From the NCBI GenBank assembly GCA_963769935.1, contig CAVYNY010000021.1, positions 1 through 64,000 on the forward strand: a stretch of 64,000 bases of DNA. The letters run 5' to 3'. The stretch is from an uncultured delta proteobacterium (GTDB taxonomy: Bacteria; Desulfobacterota; Desulfobacteria; Desulfobacterales; JAFDCJ01). Every line of letters begins with the position of its first letter. Positions within the stretch are counted from its first letter, which is position 1. The notes beneath the pieces are model-generated. The model was not told where the DNA came from, ran no database searches, and saw nothing but the letters and a program-made list of their open reading frames with translations. The position numbers and the translations under genes were made by a program. Positions 28,834-39,100 of this stretch are shown piece after piece.

Positions 28834-30561
28834 ATGACTCATGTTGTTACACTAAATGATGCTTACAAACGCTATACCGTGGATCAGGACAAAATATTTC
28901 CACCGCAGGAGACAGTCAGACGGTTCAGGGAAAAGCTGAAGAAAATTGATCTGGATATATTAAAGAGTACGATCCGCATCGATAACGGACGGTTGGACAT
29001 CCCGGTTTATTTCAGCACCTGCGGTGAAGATGCCGCCGCTGTCATCGGCACCAAAAAACAAATGGGCAAAGGAGGGACTCCTGAACAAGCCGAAGCCAGC
29101 GCGGTGATGGAACTGGCCGAACGTTTCAGCTTCTTTAGTTTTGTCAAAAATCCGCATAACTTTTTCACTGAAAAATATACCAATGTCAAAGATAAAGCCA
29201 TCGCCTTTGAAATGATCGCTCAATCCGTCCATGATGAATCGGACGAATTGACCATTTCCCGCAAAATTTTTGAAAACCTTCCGTTAAAATGGACCTGGGG
29301 CTACAACCTGACCCGAGAAAAGGAGGTTCTCATACCTTTTGACTGGTTTTATGCAATCAACGAATTTAACGGACCGTCAGCCGGAAATTGTGTTGAGGAA
29401 GCGTTGATTCAAGGAATTTGCGAAATCGTTGAACGACATACATCATCGATTGTCAGTCATCGCAAAATAAAGGCGGCATCCATCAGACCGGGGTCGGTGA
29501 CCGACAACCTGGTTCTTGAATTGTTTAAAAAATATAAAAATGCGGGCATACGTCTCTATCTATCAGATTTCTCGCTGGACACCGGCATACCCACCGTGGG
29601 CGTCATGGCTTACGACCCGACTACCTTCCCCGAGTTGAGTGAGATCGTGTGGACCGCCGGAACCACTCCGGACCCCCAAAAAGCCTTGAGCCGGGCTTTA
29701 ACCGAAATCGCACAACTGGCAGGTGATTTCAATACCGATTCCAACTATATTGCCAGCGGTCTGCCAAAGCTTGCCCGGATTGAAGAAGCGAATTTTATAA
29801 TCAATCCCGGCAGGGAAGTCGGCATAAATGATTTGCCCGACCTGTCCGACGACAATCTAAAAACTGAAATCTTAAACTGCATCTCAGCCCTGGCGGCGGT
29901 TGGCATGGAAGTTTTGGCAATCAACACCATGCATGCCCGACTCGCGATACCGGCCTTTTACACCATCATACCCGGGGCGCATTTCAGAGAGCGTTCCCTG
30001 GGCACAAGCGTCGGTATGTTCTCGGCCAAACACATTTTTGAAAACACACCTGCACCGCAGGCCATTGGAGAGCTTGAGAAAATGGATAAGATGCTGCCCG
30101 GCAAATACTACGTCCATTTTTACCAGGGTGCCTGTCACCTTGCCCTGAACGCCCCGGAAAACGCGCGCTCCTGTTTTCAACGGTCGCTGGATCTGGATCC
30201 CACCGAGCAGGAAATTCCAAGCATTTATTCATATTTGGGCGTCGCTCTAAAAGAATTGGGAGAATACCGCCAAGCCCTCGAAGTTTTAAAAAAGGGAATA
30301 AAGCTGGACCAAGAAAGGACCGACATCTACAATTTGATGGGATTTTGCCACTTTAAGCTGAATGAACACCGGGAGGCCATTGAAAATTTTAAAAAAGTGA
30401 TAAAACTGAATCCCGCTTCAGCTATCGACTATGCCAACATTGCCGTCAATTATCGCCGAATGGGGCAAAAAGAAAAAGCCATCCGATACTATCAGATGGC
30501 GCTGACACTGGATGACACGATTCAGTTTGCCAAGGATAATCTTGCAGAATTAATCGGGTAG
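28834..30561 (+). CDS. YcaO-like protein with C-terminal TPR repeats
   Basis: RLDIPVY, QMGKG..QAEASAVMELAER, NGPSAGN..EAL.QGICEIVER, RALTEIAQ; several TPRs; AGGAG RBS before ATG 28834. Confidence 0.92.
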   Translation: MTHVVTLNDAYKRYTVDQDKIFPPQETVRRFREKLKKIDLDILKSTIRIDNGRLDIPVYFSTCGEDAAAVIGTKKQMGKGGTPEQAEASAVMELAERFSFFSFVKNPHNFFTEKYTNVKDKAIAFEMIAQSVHDESDELTISRKIFENLPLKWTWGYNLTREKEVLIPFDWFYAINEFNGPSAGNCVEEALIQGICEIVERHTSSIVSHRKIKAASIRPGSVTDNLVLELFKKYKNAGIRLYLSDFSLDTGIPTVGVMAYDPTTFPELSEIVWTAGTTPDPQKALSRALTEIAQLAGDFNTDSNYIASGLPKLARIEEANFIINPGREVGINDLPDLSDDNLKTEILNCISALAAVGMEVLAINTMHARLAIPAFYTIIPGAHFRERSLGTSVGMFSAKHIFENTPAPQAIGELEKMDKMLPGKYYVHFYQGACHLALNAPENARSCFQRSLDLDPTEQEIPSIYSYLGVALKELGEYRQALEVLKKGIKLDQERTDIYNLMGFCHFKLNEHREAIENFKKVIKLNPASAIDYANIAVNYRRMGQKEKAIRYYQMALTLDDTIQFAKDNLAELIG

Positions 30562-30564
30562 GAT

Positions 30565-30698
30565 TTTAAATTGTCGATTGAATATTGGAAATTGAATATT
30601 TGTTGAATTCTATCGATTGTTAATTCCGACCGACAAACACACTTATAAAAAGACAGAATTCCTTAAATTTTCAATCTGCAATCTTCAATATTCAATTG
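30565..30698. repeat. ATATTGA-family inverted-repeat element; overlaps dynamin stop
   Basis: ATTGAATATTGGAAATTGAATATTTG...TTTCAATCTGCAATCTTCAATATTCAAT. Confidence 0.8.
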
Positions 30699-32925
30699 TC
30701 AAACGCCTTCTTATGCGGTTTATCTTTTCAACTAGCTCCCGTGAGGAGCGGTCCATTTCGTCGATTATTGCTTTGGCCTTCTCCTGGTCTTCTTGACTCG
30801 TACCGACACGCTCAAGGATGGCAGACAGATCACAGAAATAGGCTTGAAACCGCTCCAGGACTTTCTGGGCATAACTTTCGCATGCAGCGTCGACCAGCTG
30901 GAAAAGGTATCCGAATTTAAGGTTTTCCCGGTAGTCCTTAAGTTGGTAGACAACCGATTGTAGGGTCTCAGATATCATGCGTTGCACGGCATCTTCCAGC
31001 ACCTTGGTTCTTGCCTGACCGTCACTCCCGGTTGTTTTTTTAAACATGGTTTTATATTTTTGCACAGTTTTGTAAAAGCCGAGATGCATGAAGGCCTTGA
31101 TTTTTATCCCGGCCGAGTAATGCGCCGCGGTAACCAAGACCGGTGGTTTCAGGCCGCTTTCTTTGACGACGACTTCCATCCGCAACGCCCTGTCCGGGGA
31201 GGGATTGGTCCCTTCAGCAAGCAATTGACTTCGATCTGATAGTTTGTTGAATTCTTCGTAAGCCTCCTCCGCCATGGTATCAAATGGTCCCAGAAGCGAT
31301 TCAAAATAATCCCCAATCCGTTTTTCATTTACCTGCATAAATCGAATCAGTTCTGGGTTAACCTCTTCGGTGATGTGCGAATCGATTGACTGTTTGAAAT
31401 CCTGAAACACCAGATAGAGGATTTGAGAAAAATTGGCATCCTTATTGTCGGGTTGATATTTATCGAGGCCTGGCTTGTATTCACGGATAAAATTTAAAAG
31501 ATTCTTGACAACACCGCCCGCGTGCGGGTCAAAAAAACGGTGAACATATTGCTGAAGATTTTTTTTAAGCTCCGGCGCAGCTCCGGCGAGCGTCTTTTTT
31601 ACAGTTGATTTTATATTGCTAAACCGGCTTTGATATATTTTAATTTTTCTCAACGTACCGGCGACGCTGTCGGCATCTTTCGCAAGTATCTCACGGTTTA
31701 GGCCAAGCCATTCACGATATCCTGTTAATATGACGCCAAAGCGCTCAATATGGTTTTGCAGCAGCAAGGCATACCGTTTGCGAGTCAGGTTTTCATAAAA
31801 AACGGACTCAAACCGAAGCGACTCCCGGTTCGAATATTCGGCTAATGCACTATCGGCCTCCCATTGTTTTAATCTCAGTCGATCTTTACCGGAAAGACTC
31901 ACGCCGTTTGAACGAAACAAATTATAGAGAGCGGAAAAGGAATAAATATCCGGATCCGGCTTTATCATGCCAAGCTCTTCGCGAACTCGATTCACCAGTG
32001 CATTCAGATCTTCGATGGAATCATGCTCGCTGAAATCGCAATTAATGACAAATACAATGTTTTCCAATATTCCCATTTTCTTTATCATGGAAAGAAATCG
32101 GATATCAGCCTGCCGCAATCCGGTTCGACTGCTGATCACGTAAATCATCAAGTGCGTCAATAACAAATAGTCCTGAATCATGGCTATATGCAGGGGATTT
32201 GATGAATCGCTGCCTTGACAATCCGCGATTTCAAGATTGCTCTCCACCTTACCGGAGTTAATTTCAAGCAACACATCCTTCAAATATACGGCCAGCGATT
32301 CATTACCGACAAAGGCTTTATGTTCCGAAAATCGCTCATCTTCATACAGCCGGGTGGGCTTGTCTTCGCTTAATAAAGGGCTTACGGTGTCATAACCTTT
32401 TAAGTATGAGGTCAACAGGACATTGTTGATATTGCGTGTTGATTGGGTGATCAATTGATCGGCGTTCAATTCACCAAGCGCGCGCTTCAATTCATGACGA
32501 TCTTTTGACTGTCTGATATCAAACTTACTGTTTGCAGTGCGCCAGTTGCCGGTTGGGAACAGAACCAGGGCCTGTTCCATCTCGGCGTTGATTTCATTCC
32601 AGGATTTGAAGAACAATTTGGCTCGCAGACGCTCACCGTCGCGCACACGGGTGACGATGGAGGTGATAACTCCGGCGCCTCTTTTGACGTATTCACCTTT
32701 GAAAATCGAATTCAAGAATGTGCTCTTACCGGATTTGATTGTTCCGACAATTGCCACCCGGATTATATTTTCAGCCAGCTGCCGCGGGAGCTGCTCACAG
32801 GTTTTCTCCCATTCCCCAAAACTGTAGTCTTCCAAACCCGGAACTGATTTGGCCGTCGCAAATAATCCCCGCACATCATGATTGATATGCAGGATTTCAT
32901 CTTTCAACGCGCGGTATGTATCCAT
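30685..32925 (-). CDS. Bacterial dynamin-like GTPase
   Basis: G1 GTIKSGKSTFLN, G2 ITS, G3 DCQG, G4 FVINCD; long helical C-terminus. Confidence 0.85.
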   Translation of the reverse strand: MDTYRALKDEILHINHDVRGLFATAKSVPGLEDYSFGEWEKTCEQLPRQLAENIIRVAIVGTIKSGKSTFLNSIFKGEYVKRGAGVITSIVTRVRDGERLRAKLFFKSWNEINAEMEQALVLFPTGNWRTANSKFDIRQSKDRHELKRALGELNADQLITQSTRNINNVLLTSYLKGYDTVSPLLSEDKPTRLYEDERFSEHKAFVGNESLAVYLKDVLLEINSGKVESNLEIADCQGSDSSNPLHIAMIQDYLLLTHLMIYVISSRTGLRQADIRFLSMIKKMGILENIVFVINCDFSEHDSIEDLNALVNRVREELGMIKPDPDIYSFSALYNLFRSNGVSLSGKDRLRLKQWEADSALAEYSNRESLRFESVFYENLTRKRYALLLQNHIERFGVILTGYREWLGLNREILAKDADSVAGTLRKIKIYQSRFSNIKSTVKKTLAGAAPELKKNLQQYVHRFFDPHAGGVVKNLLNFIREYKPGLDKYQPDNKDANFSQILYLVFQDFKQSIDSHITEEVNPELIRFMQVNEKRIGDYFESLLGPFDTMAEEAYEEFNKLSDRSQLLAEGTNPSPDRALRMEVVVKESGLKPPVLVTAAHYSAGIKIKAFMHLGFYKTVQKYKTMFKKTTGSDGQARTKVLEDAVQRMISETLQSVVYQLKDYRENLKFGYLFQLVDAACESYAQKVLERFQAYFCDLSAILERVGTSQEDQEKAKAIIDEMDRSSRELVEKINRIRRRLTIEY

Positions 32926-33028
32926 AGGCTGTCGATTCAACGCAGTAAACTTAATGCCTTGTAAAAGTTAAGGTTTAATGGTATAAGAATTTAAAAAGAA
33001 ACCCATCTATGAAGGGAAAAGAGAATAT

Positions 33029-33175
33029 ATGTCTGAAAAACATCCCGAATGTCCTCTGTATAATCCTTTAAACTGCAAGGAGTATTATAATCCGAAGCTT
33101 TGCGCCTTTGTCAGAAAAGATAAAGATTGCCTAAAAAAAAAGAAACCCAAAGTCAAAGCCAAGGCCAAGGGATAG
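33029..33175 (+). CDS. Small four-Cys, Lys-tailed protein (48 aa; not in ORF track)
   Basis: MSEKHPECPLYNPLNCKEYYNPKLCAFVRKDKDCLKKKKPKVKAKAKG*; purine-rich upstream sequence. Confidence 0.65.
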   Translation: MSEKHPECPLYNPLNCKEYYNPKLCAFVRKDKDCLKKKKPKVKAKAKG

Positions 33176-33193
33176 CTCAATGTGATGACTATC

Positions 33194-33763
33194 TCAGGCA
33201 TGCCCCGCTGAATTCGACAGCAAAACCGGATCGATCCCCAATTTTTTAACCGCCTCCTCCCATCGTGTTTCAATCGGCATCTTAAATATATTCTCCTCGA
33301 AAACAGGATAATTCAGCCATGCATTTTCCTTTATTTCGGCCTCAAGCTGCCCCGGGCCCCAGCCGGCACACCCCAGCGAGATAATAAACGCCTTCGGTCC
33401 TCTGGCCATGGCGATGGCTTCCAGAATATCTTTTGTGTTGCTCATCGCCAGGGTGGGTGTAATCATCAGGCTGGCTTGCCAGTTAAAAGGAGGCCCATGC
33501 AATACAAATATTTCACCGATGTGCACCGGACCGCCTAAATGGATGCGTATGGATGCCGCATCCGCCACGTGTTCGATTTCAAGTTCCTCGAAAATATCAT
33601 CTGCCGTCAGGGAATGATGAACCCGGTTGACGATGATACCCATGGCACCGGATTCGTTGTGCTCACAGATGCAGGTGACGGTTTGATGGAAATTCGGATC
33701 GGCCAGACCGGGCATGGCCAGCAAGAATTGACCTTTCAACGTAGCGGAATTATCTGAAACCAT
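33194..33763 (-). CDS. YqgE/AlgH family protein
   Basis: LKGQFLLAMPGLADPNF, GGPV, GCAGWGPGQLEAEI. Confidence 0.93.
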   Translation of the reverse strand: MVSDNSATLKGQFLLAMPGLADPNFHQTVTCICEHNESGAMGIIVNRVHHSLTADDIFEELEIEHVADAASIRIHLGGPVHIGEIFVLHGPPFNWQASLMITPTLAMSNTKDILEAIAMARGPKAFIISLGCAGWGPGQLEAEIKENAWLNYPVFEENIFKMPIETRWEEAVKKLGIDPVLLSNSAGHA

Positions 33764-33787
33764 GGTTCCTCCACCAAGCAGATTGAC

Positions 33788-33950
33788 TTAGGGTTCACGA
33801 AAAAATAAGTTCACAATTTTAGGCGTTGCGGCGCCCGACCGGCAAGGCGCGAAAACGCAGGAATATCTCTATATTCCGAGCTTTCGCAACGCAGCCGGGC
33901 GGGATGCAGCGGCGTATAAAATGTGAAGTTATCTTTGAGTGAGCCCTTAG
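33788..33950. mobile_element. MITE-like ~160-bp palindromic element
   Basis: Imperfect terminal inverted repeats GGGTTCACGAAAAATAAGTTCACAATTTTA / TAAAATGTGAAGTTATCTTTGAGTGAGCCC; self-complementary interior; TTA(G) at both flanks. Confidence 0.75.
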
Positions 33951-34051
33951 TATGCTAAAGTTGGTCGCCCAAACCTAATTTTATCAACACCCTTTGTCAA
34001 GGAAACATCATGGATTTTTTGATGAAGGTGGAGAATCTATGGCATGGAGAA

Positions 34052-36730
34052 CTAATTGGCCAGGGCGGCCTTCTCCTTTTCCAATCGACGGTCCAGCAGT
34101 TCATACACTTTCATATCGCTGATTTCCTTGCCGACATTCAGCGGCTTGGTGATCTCTTCGACTTCCAGACGCGATCGCACGGCCCGCAGTGTGCTTTCGC
34201 TGATCAAGATTCCGTTGCGATATGCTTTGGCCAGATTCTGCAGACGGAATACTGTATTTACGGCATCCCCAATGACGGTATAATCCATTTTCTTGTCAAA
34301 GCCGATGTTGCCCACGACGACTTCCCCGGTGTGAATACTGATGCCCATTTCCAAAGACGCATCCAATTTGCGTTTCAGATATTTGTTTACGGCCGGAAGT
34401 GAATGCTTCATTTCAAAGGCCGCGGCAATGGCATTGTCCGCATCCTGGGTGCTGGCAACCGGGGCTCCGAAAAGTGCCAGAAAGCCGTCTCCCAGATATT
34501 TGTCGACAATACCGTAGTGCTTGAAAACGATGCCGCCCATAACTGAGAAAAAGCTGTTAAGCAGAGAAACGGTCTTTTGCGGGCCGATTTGCACGGCCAG
34601 ACTTGAAAACCCTCGGATATCGATGTTCAGCAAAGTGATCGTTCGTATTTCTTCGATGATGGGTCTTCCGTCGGAGGATCCATGAATGATCTTATCCAGG
34701 ACTTCCTTGGGAACAAATTTCTGAAACATTTGACGGACATCCCGCTCATGCTCAGCCATGGATACTGTTTCCTCGTAGAGCCGCGCATTCTCCAGAGCGA
34801 TGCAGACCGAAGTGGCGATGGCTTGCAACAAATCTTTGTCGGCATTGCTGAATTCACCATTTATTTTGTTCAAGACCTCGATAACCCCGATCACCCGTCC
34901 CTGGGATATCATGGGCACACAAAGGGCAGATTGGGTCGTAAAGCCCGATGTTTCATCAATTATCGGAAAGAAATGCGATGATTTCTCAGTATCACTGACG
35001 ATAATGGCCTCCCCTCTGGCGGCCACGTAACCGGCAATACCCTGCCCCAGCTTCAGGCGGAATTTTTTCATTGATTTTATTTTTATGTTAAAGGCAACGG
35101 CAATCTCCAGTTCATTGCCTTCCAGAAACAAGAGCGAGCCGGCTTCCACATTCATGACTTCCCGAATCATGTCCATGGTATATTTCAGGACCTTGCTGAT
35201 ATCAAAGGTCGACGACGCCAAGGCACTTCCAATCTGGCGGATGGTGTCCAATTCCTGGTTGCGCTTGACCACGGCCGCCGAAAGCCGGTTGCGTTCGAGA
35301 ACCAGAGAAAGCCCGTAGGCAATCCACCTTAACAATTCTTTGACATCATTAAACAATCCGGGCTGTTTGCTCCCCAGAGACAAAACACCGTATACCCGGC
35401 CATCTATTTTCAGAGGGGCCAGCAGGCAGGTTTGGCAGCCGTGGTTCTTGAAAATGACCTGATCCAGGGGACTGGCCGCGTCAAAGCCCCCCTCGATGAT
35501 AAGGGCGGATTCCTGTTTGAAGACCTTTTCGATAATCGAATCTTTGTAGGCATAGGATCGGCCTTTGACAATTTCGGCATGCCCGTTGCTGTAAAAATCT
35601 ATGATTTTCAGGTGGCCGGCTTTGCTCTCATTTATGGTCATCACAGCAGCCAAATCATAGGGTACGAGGCTGTGAATCTCGTTGAGCAAGGCATGGGAGA
35701 GTTCACTGTCTCGAAAACTGGAGGTGAAGAGCTTGAATATTTTTTCGATAAACCGGATATAGACCGCCCGCTGTTCGCTTTCTTTCAGCAGCCTCAGGTT
35801 CTCATAGGTAAAGGCGGCGTTGCTTAACAAGGGAGTCAAAACTTCAATGTCGCTTTGCGTAAAGATCCGGCTGTTGTTGCGGGACGAAATAGTCAGCACG
35901 CCGATTATATCCTTGCTGGTCTTAATCGGCATACACACGAATGATTTTGTACCATAGTGCGCATTATTGGCCCGACCGAAGCGTTTATCCTTTTCGATAT
36001 CCTCAACCACCAGCGGTGATTTATTGATAACTGCATATTTGGCAATGCTGCTGTCAAAATCGATCCGGTCGCCGGATTTGACAAATTTGCCCAGCCCGAC
36101 GGTCGCTTTTACGACGAAGGTTTTGGGGTCTGTTTTTTCCAGGGTTAAAATGGAACCCAGATCCGAATTCGTTAGTACCAGCGCACGTTCCAGAGTGACA
36201 TACAGAATTTCCTCCGGATCAAAAGTTACATAGCACAGCTCCGAAAGCTCTTTTAAAATTGATATTTCGGAGGCTTTTTTTTCAAGCTGCTTGAAAGTGT
36301 TGCTGAATTGTCTTTCAATCGCGGTAAAGGAATTGACGATGGAGTGCAATTCATCCGTGCCGGCGCCGGTATCGCCGTCCGAGAGTTCGGCCATGTAGTT
36401 GGTCGACATTTCCTGGGATATATTGGCAATCTTATCGAAAAGATTTTTCAGTATGTTAAAACCGATAAATGAAAAAATGAGAATTCCCAGAAAGAAAAAA
36501 GGCAGGTATTCATCTTCCAGCATGTGATATTTGATGCTGAAAAAGATAAACCCTAATACTGGAAACAAAAAAAAGAGCCCGAAGATTAAGTTGAGCTTGT
36601 AATAAAGATTGCGGTGTTTCAAAAATCGCTTTCCTAACCATTTATGTAGTTGCATTTGGCCGTCCTTCTGATACACTATCCCACTGCACGATAGCGGGTA
36701 TCTGTAAATTAATTTATATACCATAACCAT
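34052..36730 (-). CDS. Membrane-anchored multi-GAF class III adenylate/guanylate cyclase
   Basis: Two TMs, three GAF-like segments, DIRGFS, DKYLGDG, DYTVIGDAVNTVFRL; true start may be 36655. Confidence 0.92.
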   Translation of the reverse strand: MVMVYKLIYRYPLSCSGIVYQKDGQMQLHKWLGKRFLKHRNLYYKLNLIFGLFFLFPVLGFIFFSIKYHMLEDEYLPFFFLGILIFSFIGFNILKNLFDKIANISQEMSTNYMAELSDGDTGAGTDELHSIVNSFTAIERQFSNTFKQLEKKASEISILKELSELCYVTFDPEEILYVTLERALVLTNSDLGSILTLEKTDPKTFVVKATVGLGKFVKSGDRIDFDSSIAKYAVINKSPLVVEDIEKDKRFGRANNAHYGTKSFVCMPIKTSKDIIGVLTISSRNNSRIFTQSDIEVLTPLLSNAAFTYENLRLLKESEQRAVYIRFIEKIFKLFTSSFRDSELSHALLNEIHSLVPYDLAAVMTINESKAGHLKIIDFYSNGHAEIVKGRSYAYKDSIIEKVFKQESALIIEGGFDAASPLDQVIFKNHGCQTCLLAPLKIDGRVYGVLSLGSKQPGLFNDVKELLRWIAYGLSLVLERNRLSAAVVKRNQELDTIRQIGSALASSTFDISKVLKYTMDMIREVMNVEAGSLLFLEGNELEIAVAFNIKIKSMKKFRLKLGQGIAGYVAARGEAIIVSDTEKSSHFFPIIDETSGFTTQSALCVPMISQGRVIGVIEVLNKINGEFSNADKDLLQAIATSVCIALENARLYEETVSMAEHERDVRQMFQKFVPKEVLDKIIHGSSDGRPIIEEIRTITLLNIDIRGFSSLAVQIGPQKTVSLLNSFFSVMGGIVFKHYGIVDKYLGDGFLALFGAPVASTQDADNAIAAAFEMKHSLPAVNKYLKRKLDASLEMGISIHTGEVVVGNIGFDKKMDYTVIGDAVNTVFRLQNLAKAYRNGILISESTLRAVRSRLEVEEITKPLNVGKEISDMKVYELLDRRLEKEKAALAN

Positions 36731-36799
36731 ATTTTCTTCAAGAAAATAAATTCTTTATCCTGGCCTTATCCACGGCCTGGCCTAAGGGAACAGATCGAA

Positions 36800-39055
36800 A
36801 TGAGCAACGCACATATTGAGATTATTTCTTCCGAACTTCAATTGAAAGATTTTCAGGTTAAGGCCGTATCCGACCTGCTGGGCGAGGGCGCCACCGTGCC
36901 GTTTATCGCGCGCTACCGCAAGGAAGCAACGGACAGTCTGGATGAAGTGCACATCACCTCCATCCGTGATCGATTGCAACAGCTGGCAGAATTGGATTCA
37001 CGCAAGGAATCGATTCTCAAATCATTGGAAACCCATGGTCACTTGACCGATACACTCAAAGCAGAGGTTCTGGCAGCGCCGACGTTATCCCTGCTGGAAG
37101 ACCTGTATTTACCGTACCGGCCCAAAAGGCGCACCCGGGCGATGGCTGCCCGGGAAAAGGGTCTTGAGCCCCTGGCCCGGCTGATTTTAGAGCAAAATGG
37201 CGTGGATCCCCAAAAAGCAGCGGTCCAATTTATAGATCCGACCCAGGCAGTTGACACCGCCGAGGCGGCCCTGGCCGGCGCCCGAGACATTATCGCGGAG
37301 ATCGTAAATGAAGACCAGCAGACGCGTACGGCGATTAGAAACCTGTTTTTTTCACGCGCCGTCGTCCACAGTCGGGTGGTATCCGGCCAAGAAACAGCGG
37401 GGACCAAGTACCGGGACTATTTTGACTGGCAGGAGCCGGCCGCCGCCGCACCGTCTCACCGGGTGCTGGCCATGCGACGCGGCGAAAAGGAGGATTTCCT
37501 GAATTTATCGATCGTTCCGGCGGAAGAAGAAGCTCTTAAAATCCTCGAGACTCTGTTTGTAAAAGGAGAACAGCAAGATTCGGCTGAGGTTAAAATCGCC
37601 ATCCAGGACAGCTACCGGCGCCTTCTATCCCGCTCCATGGAAACCGAAATCAGGCTGGCCATCAAAGAACGCGCCGACATCGAAGCGATCAGGGTCTTTT
37701 CTGAAAACCTGCGCGAGTTGCTTCTGGCTCCGCCGCTGGAGGCCGCAAGCGTCATGGGCTTAGACCCCGGTTACCGGACCGGATGCAAGCTGGTCTGCCT
37801 GGATGCCCAGGGTAAAATCGTGCACCATGATACCATTTATCCGCACACCTCTGCCAAACAAAGCGAGGAGGCCGCCCGCAAAGTTCGCGAATTGGTGGTT
37901 CGCTATCAAATTGAGGCAATTGCTGTCGGCAACGGGACCGCCGGTCGGGAAACCGAAGCGTTTATTAAAAATCTCGGTTTGGACCGACGGATTCAGATTG
38001 TACTGGTGAATGAGAGCGGCGCCTCGATTTATTCAGCGTCCGAGGCGGCCCGCCAGGAATTCCCCGATCTTGACCTCACCGTCCGCGGGGCTATTTCCAT
38101 CGGCCGGCGGCTGATGGACCCCCTTTCCGAACTGGTAAAAATCGACCCTAAATCAATAGGGGTGGGACAATACCAGCACGATGTCGAGCAAGCGGCATTG
38201 AAACAAACGCTGGATGATGTCGTCATCAGCTGCGTCAACCGGGTGGGGGTTGAGGTCAACCAGGCCAGCGTCCAACTTTTGACCTATGTATCCGGTCTGG
38301 GACCGCAACTCGCGAAAAACATCATGACTTACCGCGAACAGAATGGACCCTTTGAATCCCGAGACCAGCTGCAAAAGGTGCCGCGACTCGGACCCAAGGC
38401 GTTTGAGCAGGCGGCCGGGTTTTTAAGAATCAGAAATGGAGCCAATCCGCTGGATGCCAGCGCGGTCCATCCTGAAAGCTATAGTGTTGTATCGGCCATG
38501 GCCCGGGATATGCAATGCAACGTAACCGATTTAATGCGACAGCCGGACCTCAGAGCAAAAATAGACATCAGCCGGTATGCGACGGATCAAATAGGCCTGC
38601 CGACTTTGCAGGACATCCTCGCTGAACTTGCCCGGCCGGGGCGCGACCCGCGCCAAGAGTTTGAAAGGTTTGCCTATGCGGATGACGTTGCAGTCCCAGC
38701 CGATTTAAAGCCCGGCATGAAAATTCCCGGAATCGTGACCAACGTTACGGCTTTCGGGGCTTTTGTGGACATCGGTGTTCACCAGGACGGCCTGGTGCAT
38801 ATCAGCGAACTCTCGGATGGATTCGTGAAAAATCCTGCCCAAGTGGTTCGGGTGCAGCAAAAAGTGGCGGTCACCGTTATCGACGTGGACCTTGAGCGCA
38901 ACCGGATCTCACTCTCGATGAAGACGGCCCCGGCCGTATCGACACCCAAACCCCGTCCATCAACCAAAGCCAACAAACCGAAACCGCAGCCCCAAGGCAA
39001 AAAACAGACAAAAACGCCCTTTAATAATCCGTTTGCAGACCTGCTTAGAGATTAG
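36800..39055 (+). CDS. tex: Tex-family RNA-binding transcription accessory protein
   Basis: TVPFIARYRKEAT, DPGYRTGCK, GVGQYQHD, S1 domain. Confidence 0.95.
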   Translation: MSNAHIEIISSELQLKDFQVKAVSDLLGEGATVPFIARYRKEATDSLDEVHITSIRDRLQQLAELDSRKESILKSLETHGHLTDTLKAEVLAAPTLSLLEDLYLPYRPKRRTRAMAAREKGLEPLARLILEQNGVDPQKAAVQFIDPTQAVDTAEAALAGARDIIAEIVNEDQQTRTAIRNLFFSRAVVHSRVVSGQETAGTKYRDYFDWQEPAAAAPSHRVLAMRRGEKEDFLNLSIVPAEEEALKILETLFVKGEQQDSAEVKIAIQDSYRRLLSRSMETEIRLAIKERADIEAIRVFSENLRELLLAPPLEAASVMGLDPGYRTGCKLVCLDAQGKIVHHDTIYPHTSAKQSEEAARKVRELVVRYQIEAIAVGNGTAGRETEAFIKNLGLDRRIQIVLVNESGASIYSASEAARQEFPDLDLTVRGAISIGRRLMDPLSELVKIDPKSIGVGQYQHDVEQAALKQTLDDVVISCVNRVGVEVNQASVQLLTYVSGLGPQLAKNIMTYREQNGPFESRDQLQKVPRLGPKAFEQAAGFLRIRNGANPLDASAVHPESYSVVSAMARDMQCNVTDLMRQPDLRAKIDISRYATDQIGLPTLQDILAELARPGRDPRQEFERFAYADDVAVPADLKPGMKIPGIVTNVTAFGAFVDIGVHQDGLVHISELSDGFVKNPAQVVRVQQKVAVTVIDVDLERNRISLSMKTAPAVSTPKPRPSTKANKPKPQPQGKKQTKTPFNNPFADLLRD

Positions 39056-39100
39056 TTGAAAAGTTTTGAACCTCCAGTCTAATCGTTGAAGAAACTGAGT

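Noticed and set aside
28675..32940. tRNA-anchored genomic island
   Set aside because: No integrase and no duplicated tRNA 3' end seen; ycaO lies on the 5' side of the tRNA.
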